From NCBI GenBank assembly GCA_965178125.1, contig OZ237775.1, positions 1-64,000 on the forward strand: a stretch of DNA of 64,000 bases, read 5' to 3'. This DNA comes from Bilabrum cf. latius (lineage: Eukaryota). Shown one piece after another: positions 22,388 through 34,187 of this stretch (the stretch's first letter is position 1; each line of letters begins with the position of its first letter). Under the pieces are notes generated by a model that worked only from the letters and a program-made list of their open reading frames with translations, had not been told where the DNA came from and searched no databases. The position numbers and the translations under genes are program-made.

Positions 22388-23326
22388 TTAATTTTAATAT
22401 TTCTTTGTATCCTATATTGTCAAAATTTTTCAATCAATTTTTGTGTTTTTAATTGGAAAACAATTATAATTTGTTTTTTATTTTCCTTTTAATTTTTATG
22501 GTGGCATCATAGGAATTACAACATTTAATTTTAATCTTTGAAAAAGATATCAAAAGAGCGGAGGGCAAAGCCCGAGCATCTTGGGAACTTAATTTATTTT
22601 TTCTAAGTCTCTTATAATTGACCTGTAAAATCTCTCAATTTTAATCTTTGAAAAAGATATCAAAAGAGCGGAGGGCAAAGCCCGAGCATCTTGGGGGACT
22701 TTTCCAAAGGGACTTAAAATACGTTTTCGTTTTCCTTATAATGTATCATCTCTTGGGTAATCGGTTTGGTTGCTTCGGAGAACAATTTAGTCGCTTGGGA
22801 AATCCTTGGGAAATCCTTGGGAAATCCTTGGGAAATCCTTGGGAAATCCTTGGTCGGTTCATCGGTCGGTTCATCGGTCGGTTTATCGGTTTGTCGCTTG
22901 GGAACATACCTCGGTCTCTTGATAAAATACCTTGTTCTCTTGGGGAAATCCTCGGTTGGTCTCTTGGTCTCTTGGGAATTCATCCTTCCGTTCCTACAGC
23001 AAACACAGAGATATTTTGGACACTTGGTTAATTTCTTCATTTTTTCCTACTTTACTAAAACATCTCTGTCTTTGCTGTTAGAGTTTATAAGGGGGTTAAA
23101 TATTAGAATTCTTCAATTTACCCCTACTTCGTAGGAGTAAATTTTATATCTGAAAATGGGTACATAGAGGGGTTCTATAGGGGTTCTTGGGGAACCCCCT
23201 GTGAAATCATTTAGGTTTATAGGGGAAACACTTGAGTTGCTAAATATGCCTTTAAAGGAGGGGCGAGCGTAGCGTAGCCCTCGTCCTAAACGCTTGGTGT
23301 ACCTACCACCACCTGTTGTCCCCCCC
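22388..23326 (-). repeat. Right terminal inverted repeat of the virophage
   Basis: Reverse complement of 6410-7421, ending ...CCACCACCTGTTGTCCCCCCC. Confidence 0.95.
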
Positions 23327-26158
23327 CCTGCGCATTTACGCCACGACATGAACGCAAGCGAGCGACGTAGCGTCTTGTACCGATATGCAGATCCTGCTGG
23401 AGCAGCGAGCCGAGGAGTCATAGGGCAGCAAGAAGTCCAGCAGTACAGCCGGTTTGCCCCTCTCTTCTTTGACAGGGACTTTGGCCGGGTGCTTGAGGAT
23501 GGTGATGCCGAGCTAGAGGAGCAGCGGGCCCGCGGGGAGGACTACGGCGTGTCGCTGCGGTCCAGGTACATGCGAGTGCGGATCACGCAGGGCGCGCCTT
23601 TGGAAGGCTTTGAGAACGAGGAGGACCGGCCGGTGGAGCAGAGGGCGGAGTGGGGCAAGCTCATGGGGGACGCAGTTGACGAGATCAACATTGACCGATT
23701 CAATCAGGAGGAGCCCCCGGCTGGGCTGGAGATCGTGGCGTTCAGCTCTGCAGTGGTGGAACTTGAGATCGGCCGGCGCATCGGACAGGACCTCACGTGG
23801 GCTCTTGCTTCTATCCTGTTCGTCTTCGTTTACACGTGGTTCCACACGGGCAGCATCATGCTCGCCGGGTCTGGGCTGCTGATCATCCTGTCGGCCATGC
23901 TGTATGGGACCTTCATCTACCGGGTGATCTTCCAGGTGCAATTCCTCCAGACACTGCATGCTCTGTCTATCTTCATTCTACTCGGTCTATCCGCAGACGC
24001 CGTCTTCTTGGTGCAAGACTCGTGGCAGCAAGCGCCAACACCTCCTCAGGACGCAATCGAGCAGCGCATGCACGACGCGGAGCTGGCAGAGTTTGTCAGG
24101 GATCGCATGTAGGACGCGAACCCTGATACGGAAGTATCGCCTACGATGGAAGAGCGCGCTGCGTTTGCTGCGCAAGACAAGCGGGCCGTAGAGCGAGCAA
24201 GTGAAGCTCTCCAACAGTCGCTTCAGCAACGAATGGAGTACACGTGGGGTCGGGCCTTCGTCAGCTTGTCCGTAACGACTGGCACTACTGTCGTGGCATT
24301 CTTGGCCACCGCACTGAGCCGCATCGTTCCGATCTCTACATTTGGTATTTTTGCCGCCACGATCGTGTTCGTCAACTACTGCCTGGCCTTGACGCTGTAC
24401 CCTGCCGCCATCGTGCTCTGGGAGCGCAACATGAGGCCGTGCGAGGCATCGTGCGGCGCGTACATCTGCACGCTGTGTGGACAAAAAGAAGGCGAAGCGT
24501 CCCCTTCCAGGCTGTCCAGCAGCACGCACCTGTAGAAAAGCCCGGTCGCCACAGCGACAACTGACGCTGTGGACCGCCGTGCATCCGCGAGCGCCAGTAT
24601 CGCTGCCACTGCTGTGGCACCAACGCTCGAAATCAATGGGGATGCGCATGCATCAGAAGGAGAAGCGCAGCATCGGCCCATCGAGATATTCTTTCGGGAC
24701 TACTGGAGTGAGTGGATTCGAGCTGGGCGCTTCCCGATTCTAGCAGGGTTCGGAGTGCTTCTGGCTGTGTTTGCGTACTTTGCGTCCACAGTGGGGCCCA
24801 ACAGTGACAGCGAGCGATTCTTCCCGAACTATTTCTACGTTGGGCGTGCGCTGGGATGGCTTGACTATGCGTTTGGGGCCTCAGATCGTGACAGTACCGT
24901 TGAGGTCGACATCACGTGGGGCGTGGCTGGGATCAACCGGGACGGCACCACCCGATTTGCGCCAGCCAATCCCGGGAACGCCGTCTGGGACGACTCCTTT
25001 GACCCATCTTCCCCGGCTGCACAGCAGGCCATCCTGGATACCTGTGCAAAGGCTGCGTTTGATCTCGGCACCTTGCCTGGGTCGGATGACAGGTACTTTA
25101 AGGCCAACGTGTCGTGCTTCATGCAAGACTACGCCGACTGGCTCAGGAACGAGCAGGGGGGCACTTTCCCGTTCGTGGCACAGGTACAAGGCGGTACCCC
25201 TGCACCTGCCAGTGAGCAGCAGACCCAGTTCCTTGCTTCTCTGGAGCAGTACTCGCAGCAGAGCCCGGCTGGCCAGCAGCAGCGCGCCGCCAATTTCATC
25301 GGGTTTGATCCAGTCGGAAACTTGAGGCTGCTGTAGGTCTCGTTCGCGCTCCGCCTGGCTCAGTTCGAACCGTTTGCGACCAACGAGCCTTACTTGGATC
25401 GCATGAATGCCTTCATGCAGGAGAGGAACCGGGCCGCGCCCGAGGGCCTGAACCGAGGGCTGCAGACATCCGCCACCTGGGCGCAGATGCAGACGGAGAG
25501 AGAGCTGCTTCGGACTGCTCTTCAGGGAATGGGCATCTCCATTGCAGTCGCCCTGGTGGTGCTTGTGATATCCACGACCAATGTCATCGTTGGAGCGTTG
25601 GCTGTACTGTCGATGACGTGCATCATCGTCGTGGTGCTGGGCGCGTTCGGAATGCTGGGTTGGGACCTGGGTATCGTGGAAAGCGTAGCATGCGTGATCC
25701 TAGTGGGCTTCACGGTGGACTACAGCGTACATCTAAGCGTGCACTTCGTCACGTCCAAGCAGACCACGGCGGCCCTTAGGGTCAAGGACAGCCTCACTGA
25801 GATGGGCGTCTCGATCGTGGCGGGGGCGGCCACCACCGGTGGAGCGGGCGTGTTCCTCTTTGCCGGGGTCATCCAGTTCTTTTTCAAGTTCGGAGTGACG
25901 CTCACCGTGTCTATCGCAGCATCGCTCCTGTTCTCCCTGTGCTTCCTCCCCGCGGCTCTGTGTGTGCTTGGGCCCGACAATGACACGGGCAGCATCCTTC
26001 CTGCGCTGGATGCGATGGGGATCGGGTGGATCGTGCCGGGGAGAGACGAATAGAAGGGCACTAGTGGAGCAACTCGCAATGATGGCACTGTGGAAGTCAA
26101 GGCAGTGCAGGTCAGCCCCGCGTCAGGCCTCGCCCAGCCCAATGCTGAGGTGGCATGA
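23327..26158 (+). CDS. 3' part of the Dispatched/Patched-family RND transporter gene (TAG=Gln)
   Basis: ORFs at 23294, 24146, 24569 and 25394 are one frame separated by TAGs (24110, 24533, 25334, 26051), ending at TGA 26156. Two sterol-sensing-type TM bundles with GLSADAVFL and GFTVDYSVH motifs. Confidence 0.9.
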
Positions 26159-26617
26159 GCCGCAGTGGGCAGATGCGAATTGGATCTACATGCTATGCTT
26201 CTGATGCTCGCTAAGATGGGTTGTACACGAGGCAAGCGCTGACGAAGTGCTTCGCAGAGGTCGGAGGTCGGTCAAGCGGCGGGCGGCCACCAGGGAGCGG
26301 ATGGTGGCGGAGGCAAAGAGGCAGCTCGTCATGGGGCTGGAGGCGGTGGGTGCAGGTCCCGTGGTGGCTCAGGACCCATGGCGGCACAAGTGCAGAGTGA
26401 TGGGAACGGGGGCGCGGTCGATGGGGGGCCGGCGCAGTTGCGGCTGGCTCTTGTGGCGGCGGAGGCAGAGTATCATTCCGAGCACAGCACGCCCGGTTCA
26501 TTTTTGCTGGCAGGATCCATCGTGTCCAAAATGTGTTTTTGCATTGGTATGCCTGTTTTTCACATGAATCGGTCTGCTCACTCCGTACATGTTCACTGGC
26601 CGAACGAGATAGGCAGC

Positions 26618-27406
26618 TCACTCCGTCCACGCTCGCTTGCCGCACGAGTCTGGGATGCCGAGGTACCCGGTGGCCTCGCGCGCATATGGCTTCTACCCGT
26701 CCTACATCCCGGGGAGGGCGCGCTCGTCGACAGACCCGTCCTCCTTTGTCCCAATGACTTTCGGGTCGGCGGCGTCGAAGCAGGCCGAAAGCTCGAGAGA
26801 GACGAGGCCGGCCTGCTCGCTCCCTGCGGACCACAGGACCTCGCCCTGCCCATCCACAACGAGTAGCGACTGCTCCGAGGCATCACCGGCGGCAGGCAGC
26901 ACGAGCTGACAGTCGTGACTTTGCCCAAGCGTGTCACTCGACCACACGGTACGCCGAATCTGGCGGTTCGAGGCCTTCGCCTGGTCGAACGTGGGCAGCA
27001 GCTGACCACCGGCATCGTGCTCGAGTGTATCCGGCAACGCGCGCCCAGCCTTCGCCGAGCGCTCGTAGAGAACTGCATTGCAGTCATCTTGCATCACGAG
27101 CTCATACCTCGTGAAATCCACCCAGCGGTACTTGCGGTTCTTCTTTTTGCCCTTGCGGACACCGGCTATGTCCTTGTAGATGCTCTCACCGGGCCCCAAG
27201 CGCTCGCCAGCCCTCACAGCGGCAGCTCCGTTCGCACTTGTGTACGTGGTAATGTCACCCGTGAACGCTGGGCCCCCTTTACTGGCAGGTTGGAGCACTT
27301 GCTGCATGTGTAGTTGCTTGTGCCTGATGCCACCACGGCGAAGCCCTTGCAGGCCCACGACTGCATGCATCATTAAAACACTGGAGGCAATGGAAAACAA
27401 CAGCAT
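26618..27406 (-). CDS. Secreted protein with bulb-type (GNA/B-type) lectin motif
   Basis: Signal-peptide-like N-terminus and MQDDCNAVLY, which matches the QxDxNxVxY mannose-binding motif. Extends through TAGs to TGA 26618; the 3' end may be spliced. Confidence 0.6.
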
Positions 27407-27613
27407 TATGCTTCAGCAGTTCGAGTCGCGAAGGCCGCGATAGCTGCGGGTATTCCCGAGTAGCCAAGTAGAAGTAAGCAAGTCATGCTTTCTTTCCTAT
27501 ACCAGAATTATTTGTAAGGTAAACTTGAAGAAACCACGCAGCAGCCGAATTGGGCTGATGCTCGCGATGATAGCGCACAAAACTCTCCTCATCAATCAGA
27601 CACGGCAAATACC

Positions 27614-30183
27614 TCACGACGCCCCCCCACTGGCGGCGACAGGCGTCTCCCCGTCGGCCCCTGGTCCACCCTCCTCGGCATGCGCCGCTGCCTCTGCCAG
27701 CATGGCCTTCTCGGCAATCCTGGCCTCTGCCACGTCCCTGAGCTTGATGGCCCTCGAGCCACCGATCTGGTGCACCCTGGCTTTGCCCTCCTGCCCCGAG
27801 GGCCCGCCCTCCAGCCCGGCCCCCGCGCCCTCGCCCGCCTCCGTCACCAGGGACCCACTCGAGGCCATGAGGGCAGGGTCAAAGGACGCGCTCGTGTCCC
27901 CGCGCATCACTGGGGCCACGCCGTACCCGGCCCCCGCCGCGGTGGAGGACAGGATGGACGGGATGTGCGTCGCTCCCGAGACGGGTCCCACCGGCATCTC
28001 GCCACCCTTTTGGGTCGCAGGGGCGGACTCGGCCCCGTGAGCGTGCCCCCCTGCAATGGACGACGGCGCCACGCCGCCCCCTTCCCTGGCTCCCGCGCCC
28101 CCCTTGGCTGCCCCCGCACCGTCCTTGCCCTCGGCGCCCCCTTCCTCGTGCCCATCCATGCCATGCCCGTGCCCATGCCCCCCCAGCGAGGTCGATTCGC
28201 CGCCGTGCGCCAGCTTCTCCTTGCGCACCCGCATGCGCACCGCCACTGCGTTGGGCTCTCCCAGCACCTCTTCCACCTTCTGCGTGCCCCCACTGCGCAC
28301 CGCGGCCAGGAACTCGTGCCAGTCCAGGCGTCCATCCCCCGCCGAGTCCGCCTCCGCGATCATCTCCCTGAGCCCCGCCTCTCCCCCGATGGAGGCCAAA
28401 TCGTCCCCCAGCACCTGCCTCAGGTTCTCAGGGGTAACGTATCCGGTCCGATCCACGTCGAGCCGCTCGAACGCGTCCCGGATGCGCTTCTCGTCCTGGT
28501 GGAACCGCTGGCTGAGTGCGGCCGCGAGGAACTCCGAGTAGGACACCACCTGGCTCTTGTCCTGGTCCATGGCCTTGAAGAGGTCCAGCGCCTGCTCCTC
28601 GGTCATGCCACCCTCCTCCTTTAGCACCTGAACCACCTCCCGCATCGAGAGCACGCCCGACCGATCCACGTCCAGCCGCTCGAAGGCCCCCCGCACGTTC
28701 ACGATCTCCTTGGCAGACATGCGGAAGGCGATCGTCTCCAGGGCCAGCCGCTTGATGCGAGAGAACTTGCTGAAGTCCCTGAGAGCAGCCACCACCTCGG
28801 TGGAGATAGGCATGTCGCTCAGGTCCATGCCCTCGGTGGCGTGCCGGCCCATGCTGCGGCTGTCCATGCGGCGGGCCTCCAGGCCGCCTTCTCGGCGCAC
28901 CAGCCGGATCCACTTGTGGTCCAGAAGCTGCTGCGCGGTTGCTCGCTTGGCTGGGTTGTACACGAGGCACGCGCTGACGAAGTGCTTCGCATCCTCGCTG
29001 ATGCCCCGCCAGTACTTGGGCGCGAACTGGTACTCTCCCCGCAGCACGCTGTTCTAGATGCCGCGGCTGCCCTTGCCGTGGAAGGGGGCGCGGCCAGACA
29101 GTAGCATAAATGCAATGACACCGAGCTGCGCGGGGAATGAACAGGGAAAGGGCTCAGTAGGGGTAGGATCGGCAAGGTCTCGCCCAGCATTTGCCAGTTG
29201 GTGCACGACTCTCACGGACCAGATGTCGCATGCCTGGGTGTACGGACAAGTCTCGTCAAGCACCTCTGGGGCCTGGTAGTAGGACGTGCCCACGGAGCTC
29301 TCCATGGTGGTGATCACCCCACCGTCCGTGCCTCCTCCGCTGACAAGGTACTTGCGGCTGAGCCCGAAGTCGATCAGCTTCAAGTTGGAATCCCACCGGT
29401 TGGATTCGAACAGAAAGTTCTCCAGCTTGAGGTCCTGCGGTCAACGAGCAATTGGAAGCAGCGCCAGAAGGAGACTAGTGCGACTGGCTACCAGAGGCAC
29501 CTCGGGTGCGCTGCGTGTGTGTGTGACGAAAAAACAAGACGACCATGTTGCACTCACCCTGTGCGACACTCCTTGACTGTGGCAATACGCCACAGAGGCA
29601 AGCATTTTACTTATCAACCATGCGGCATAGGGTTCAGTAAACCTGGGAGATTGGAATTCACGGAGGGTTCAAGATCTGACGAAGTGGAAGGCACTTGACG
29701 ACGCCACGAACGGGGCATGCTGCAGCGCAGACACTCTCACTTGTCCCCTTTCTGCGCCTTCAGACGCTCGAACAGCTCCCCGCCCTCAAGAAGCTCAAGC
29801 ACCAAATAAATACTGGAGCGAGTCTCGAAGAACTCGTAGAGCTTAATAACGTTCGGGTGATCGAGCACCTTAAGCAGCGCGATCTCGTTCCGTAGGTCAG
29901 CCAGAAGATCATCATCGAATCGATCCTTTTCCATTGCCTTCAGAGCATACATATCCCCTGTCTAGCGGTGTCGCACGAGGTGAACATCTCCAGACATACC
30001 ATGCCCTAGTACTTTTACCTTCTCATACACCGTGTACGGGTCTCGAAGGTCTCTCGTAACAAGCCCGGCCCGAACACCCTTCTTTCCAGCCTCACTGGCT
30101 GCTGATGATGTTCGAGCAGGCAAAGCGCCTTTACTTCCACCTAGTCCCATGTCAGCCGGCTAGCTAGAGACTCCGCAGCCCAT
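27614..30183 (-). CDS. Calcium-dependent protein kinase (CDPK), multi-exon
   Basis: MGCG myristoylation start, LGHGMSG, YALK, DLKLENF, DFG, APE, four EF-hands (DVDRSG, DQDKSQ, DVDRTG, DSAGDG). In-frame TAGs at 30160, 29962 and 29054. Confidence 0.92.
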
Positions 30184-30456
30184 TAATTACTGATGCAGAC
30201 TCTCCGAGCCGTCAGCAAGACGCCTATAAGTTCGAACCGCGAGCTCAGTATTATATAATGGGCAATAGCGGTGTTGTGTTCGACCGGATAGTCTATTCTT
30301 ATGCTCCTGTGAGGGGTGGTCGTGCACGATTCCGTGAACCGTTCCGAAATGTACACGTTACCCGATTAAATAGGAAATACCGTTCGGTCATTCTGGGAGG
30401 CGCAGCCTTCAACTTTGGCAAGTTAGCCAGCAGTCAATCTACAGTTGATCACCTAG

Positions 30457-31872
30457 TCACCAGCTTGGGGCGGTCCAACGCTGTACGTCCACATTGGCAC
30501 CATCGAGTCGGAGCATCCTGGCAGAATGGCTCATCACCTTCACCCCGACGCTGTCGCTGGCCGTGCCCATGTCCTGCCCTGTCCATAGGTCGGTGACGCG
30601 CACCTGCTGGCCCGGATCCAGGCCAAGCTGCTGGAAAGTCACGGCGATCTCCACTGCCGAGCCCTCCCCTCGGTTCAGGAAAACAACGGCCAGGGAGGGG
30701 GCAGTGCCGGTGCTGCTAGTGGGCGCATCGCCTTGCAGCGGACGAGCAAACACCTGCTCCGTAATGGTGTCCGACCGGACCACCGTACTATTGGTGACCT
30801 GCTTCGCCAGCCGAGCGGGGTGCATGCCCGGGTCCTGGTTCACGGCGAGCACCTGCTCGTTGAGGAGCATGGCCATGCACTCCGGGTGCTCGAGCGGCAT
30901 CGTGCGGAAGTCCGCCGAGTGGATGAGCGGCGAGCCGAGCACGACCCACACCGAGTAGGTCGCCTTGTACTCATCAAAAGTCATGCCCTCACCCCGGGGG
31001 GTGCTGCCCTGGCCAAAGGTGCACACCTGCAGCATGTCCAGGTCGGTGATGGACCCAACCGCCGAGTAGTTGCCCTGTGCGAAAGAAACCCAGGAGTCGA
31101 TGTTTGTGATGATGCCACCGGGAGGGGAAGAGGGCCCGTAGGAGTGAGGCTTGTACCAGAAGTCGAGCGTGTTCACGAACTCCACGAGCAGGCTATTCGC
31201 CAGTTCGTGCCGCTGAGGGGCCGTCCACGCGGACGGAGGCGCGTAGGAGAGGATGGTTTGGTACTCGGCGCCTGGCCCCTCATCCTTGGCTTTGGTATGG
31301 GGGCAGATGGAGTAGTAGATCGGGACTCCGGTCGCATTGAGCGCATCACGAAGAGCTGCCCAGTGCTTGTACTGCGGGTCGGGATCCGGCGAGACGTACC
31401 GAGCGCCACAGTAGTCAACCTTTAGGTATGAAGCTTTCCAATCGTTCACGATCTAATCGGCATCTTGCTTGTAGTGCCCAAGCGAGCCCGGGCCAAGGCC
31501 ACACGAAGCGTTCGTGATGTCTGTATATACTCCGAGGCCGAGTCCGACCTTCGCGAGGCGTTCCGACACAGACGCTAGCCCCGAGGGAAACTTGGTTGCA
31601 TTAACAACAAGCCGGCCTTTGGCGTCACGTTCTCGTTCCAAGTAGCCAGCGTCAATGTTCAACGAAGGTCGCGATCCGCCGGACGCTCGGGTCCACACAT
31701 CAACAAGACCAGTCTTTGCCATAGCCTCTGCTACCTCAATCACGACAGATTCGTTTATGTCCAGTGCGAAATAATTCCAAGTGGAGTACGCCAGTGGTGG
31801 ACGCTTGCCGAGGCCATTATCGAGGGCAAGTGCACCTGCCGCAGCTGCAAGGGAAATGACGATGCCAATCAT
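30457..31872 (-). CDS. Alpha-galactosidase / alpha-N-acetylgalactosaminidase (GH27)
   Basis: Signal peptide followed by LDNGLGKRPPLAYSTWN, IDAG, YLKVDYC, DLDML and AVNQDP. The two ORFs are joined by TAG 31453. Confidence 0.92.
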
Positions 31873-32028
31873 GCTGTATGCCCCCTTTGGACAAAAATAA
31901 AAATAAATGTATGCGGGCTTCAAGGAATTCTGGCTGCCGACTGGATTCCCGGTACAAGTGAAGAGGGATCGGGCTGCCTGTGGATCCGTTCCGATGTGCC
32001 GATCCGGTCTGCCAGAGCTAGTCCACGT

Positions 32029-33930
32029 TTACAACACGATGTTGCGATCAACATCAACCCACGGGCCCCAGTGCCCGTCATACTGCTCCAGCGCAGACTT
32101 GCAAGCGGCAGGATCTGCCCTTCCCCTCTGCGGCGAGAACACAGATTCACTGATAGCCCCGATCCTCTCTCGCAGCTGAGCTGCTACCTGGGGCATGCTC
32201 GTGGATAGATCTGTGTGTTCCCCCGGGTCTGCCTGCAAGTCGTACAGACAGCCCCCCTACCCGCACTTGAGGTGCAGGGTCTCGAAGGGGGGCTGTGTGG
32301 CCGTGGTGGCGTTGGGGAAGGCAGGGCCGGTCCATACAGGCTGGGGCACATCGCCGAGCAGCAGCTTCATGGGTCTGCCTTCCATGCCGGTCACGTCGGT
32401 CTTGATGAGCCCTTGCACTGTGGTGCGAGGGGTGTCAGTGGTCGGGTCACCCTGCCTGGCCCCGGCAGCAACCTCCATCACACTGCCAGGGCCAGAGGAT
32501 GCAGGGGTCCCAATGGCTAGCTCATGCCTGGGAGAGTCCTCACTGTCGCCCATGATGTAGTCAAGCATCGACACAGAGTCTACTGGGGGTAAACCAGCCC
32601 TGGCGGCTCGCTCATCCCCTGGATCCACCCCCGCCAGCTCGCAGAAAGTGGCCCACGTGTCCCACACGGCCATGAGCCCGTCCAGCCGCTTGCCCCGCAT
32701 GTGCCCCGGCAGCACGCCCCCCGTCACGAAGGCAGGCACCCTAATGCCACCTTCGAAGTTGCTGGCCTTGCCCCCCCGCAGCGGCCAGTTGTTGCTGCCG
32801 TCCCTGCCCCGGCCGTATATGGCTCCTCCATTGTCCGACGCTGCGAAGCACTCGAGGGAATGGGCAGGATGAAATGTGCATGGAAAGTAGCAGCGGCGCA
32901 ATATATATGTAAACGGTGGCATGCACGGACAGTGAGGTATGACAACGGGCGGCATGCACGCCCAGCGAGAGCACATGCCTCACCGAACCAAAGCAGGGTG
33001 TTATTCCACTCGCCTGTTCGCTTCAGCGCGCTGGTTACCCGGCCCACCAGGCTGTCCAAATACGAGACCATGGCGTGGTGCCTGCGTCTGGGCTCGAATT
33101 CAATGGTGGAAAAGTTCTCGTACCACTCTCTGGGCATCTCTAAAGGGGCGTGCACGAGGTGAGGGGCCCAGTAGAGGAAGAGCGGCGGGCGCGTGGGGGA
33201 GGCGTGCGCCTCGAGCCGGCGCACCACCTGGTCCGCTAGCCTTTCGTCTAAAATGGTGCAACCGGATTCGTTGCGTGGGAATGGAGGGGCGCTGTAGTTG
33301 GGGAAGGAGCTCATGTTCTGCACCCAGCAACCGCTCGGGTTCTGCCACTCGGTTGGGGCGGGGGACCAGCGGGGCGCAGTCGGCTCAGCACTGTCACTGC
33401 TGCCAGTGGCATTGTTGCCCCCGAGATCAAGCATGTATTTCGAAACCGAGTTCATCGATTCGTTGGCGGTTTTGCACGCCCCCATCTGGCCAGCTCTCCA
33501 GCCGTCGACGTAGTGGTGAAAGTAGCCAATCCATGAATCAAACCCGCGCCCCTCAGGCGTGTGATCATACGTTGCCATACCAGCATCGAACTTACCCACA
33601 CCTGCTGTTACATACCCTGCTGCTTTCATTTTGGACGCTAGGCCGGTCATATTCCTCGGAATGCCCGCAAAACCGCTCATTGTATCGGCAGGGTTTCGGA
33701 TATTCGGGTCCGCATTGATGACATTGACGTGGATGGGGTTCCTGCCACTTAGCACAGCAGATCGGGTCGGACTGCAGTACTGGAACGCGTACAACCTATC
33801 TAATATCGCACCGCTCTATGATAGCTACTGGAGCATTGGTGTGTGCACGTCCCCGCTGCTGCGATTTGGACGATTCCATGACACCTCAGCCCACCCCAGA
33901 TCATCCGCAAGGACAAAAACTATACTGCAG
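32029..33930 (-). CDS. Arylsulfatase B-like sulfatase, multi-exon; first exon upstream not defined
   Basis: VLADDLGW, CSPTRSAVLSGR (CxPxR), GKFDAG, HLVHAPL, SDNGG and NWPLRGGK. TAGs in HTPMLQ*LS*SG. Ends in TAA. Confidence 0.9.
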
Positions 33931-34187
33931 TGCATCACGAACACGGAGGATGGGGTCCGGCGGGAAATAGCTCGTTTGGGTATTGCAACGTTCACCCTGT
34001 CAAGAATGTACCCTGGCTTACTTCGGTTTTTTTGAAAGGCCTACGCAAGAAAATACAATCGCAGCACACCACAGTTTCTGCCACATGGGTGCAAAAGAGC
34101 ACTTTCGGGCGTGGAAGTTGGATCGCTCTGTGTCGCACAAGACCACATCGCCGCGCACTGCAATGATGACAGCGGAACCATAGTGGG

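Larger units (their letters stand above)
6410..23326. mobile_element. Endogenous virophage (Maveriviricetes-like), ~16.9 kb, apparently intact, integrated by an rve integrase
   Basis: Sharp AT-rich island in GC-rich host DNA with ~1-kb TIRs beginning GGGGG(G)ACAACAGGTGG and ending CCACCTGTTGTCCCCCC(C). Flanked by CCTGC(G) at 6405-6410 and 23327-23332. Encodes MCP, penton, packaging ATPase, cysteine protease, pPolB, SF3 helicase and rve integrase. Confidence 0.97.

Noticed and set aside
22320-22700. Spaced ~55-bp direct repeats that superficially resemble a CRISPR array
   Set aside because: Spacing is irregular, the intervening sequences are themselves TIR blocks shared with the left arm, no cas genes are present, and the context is eukaryotic.
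6410-23326. Classical Polinton/Maverick transposon or bacterial prophage contamination
   Set aside because: The MCP, penton and ATPase are virophage-type, the termini are not the Polinton AG..CT type, and the junctions show a TSD within a host exon.
6410-23326. A virus-encoded suppressor tRNA-Gln(CUA)
   Set aside because: No cloverleaf is evident by eye in the short intergenic gaps. tRNAscan-SE is needed to exclude it.
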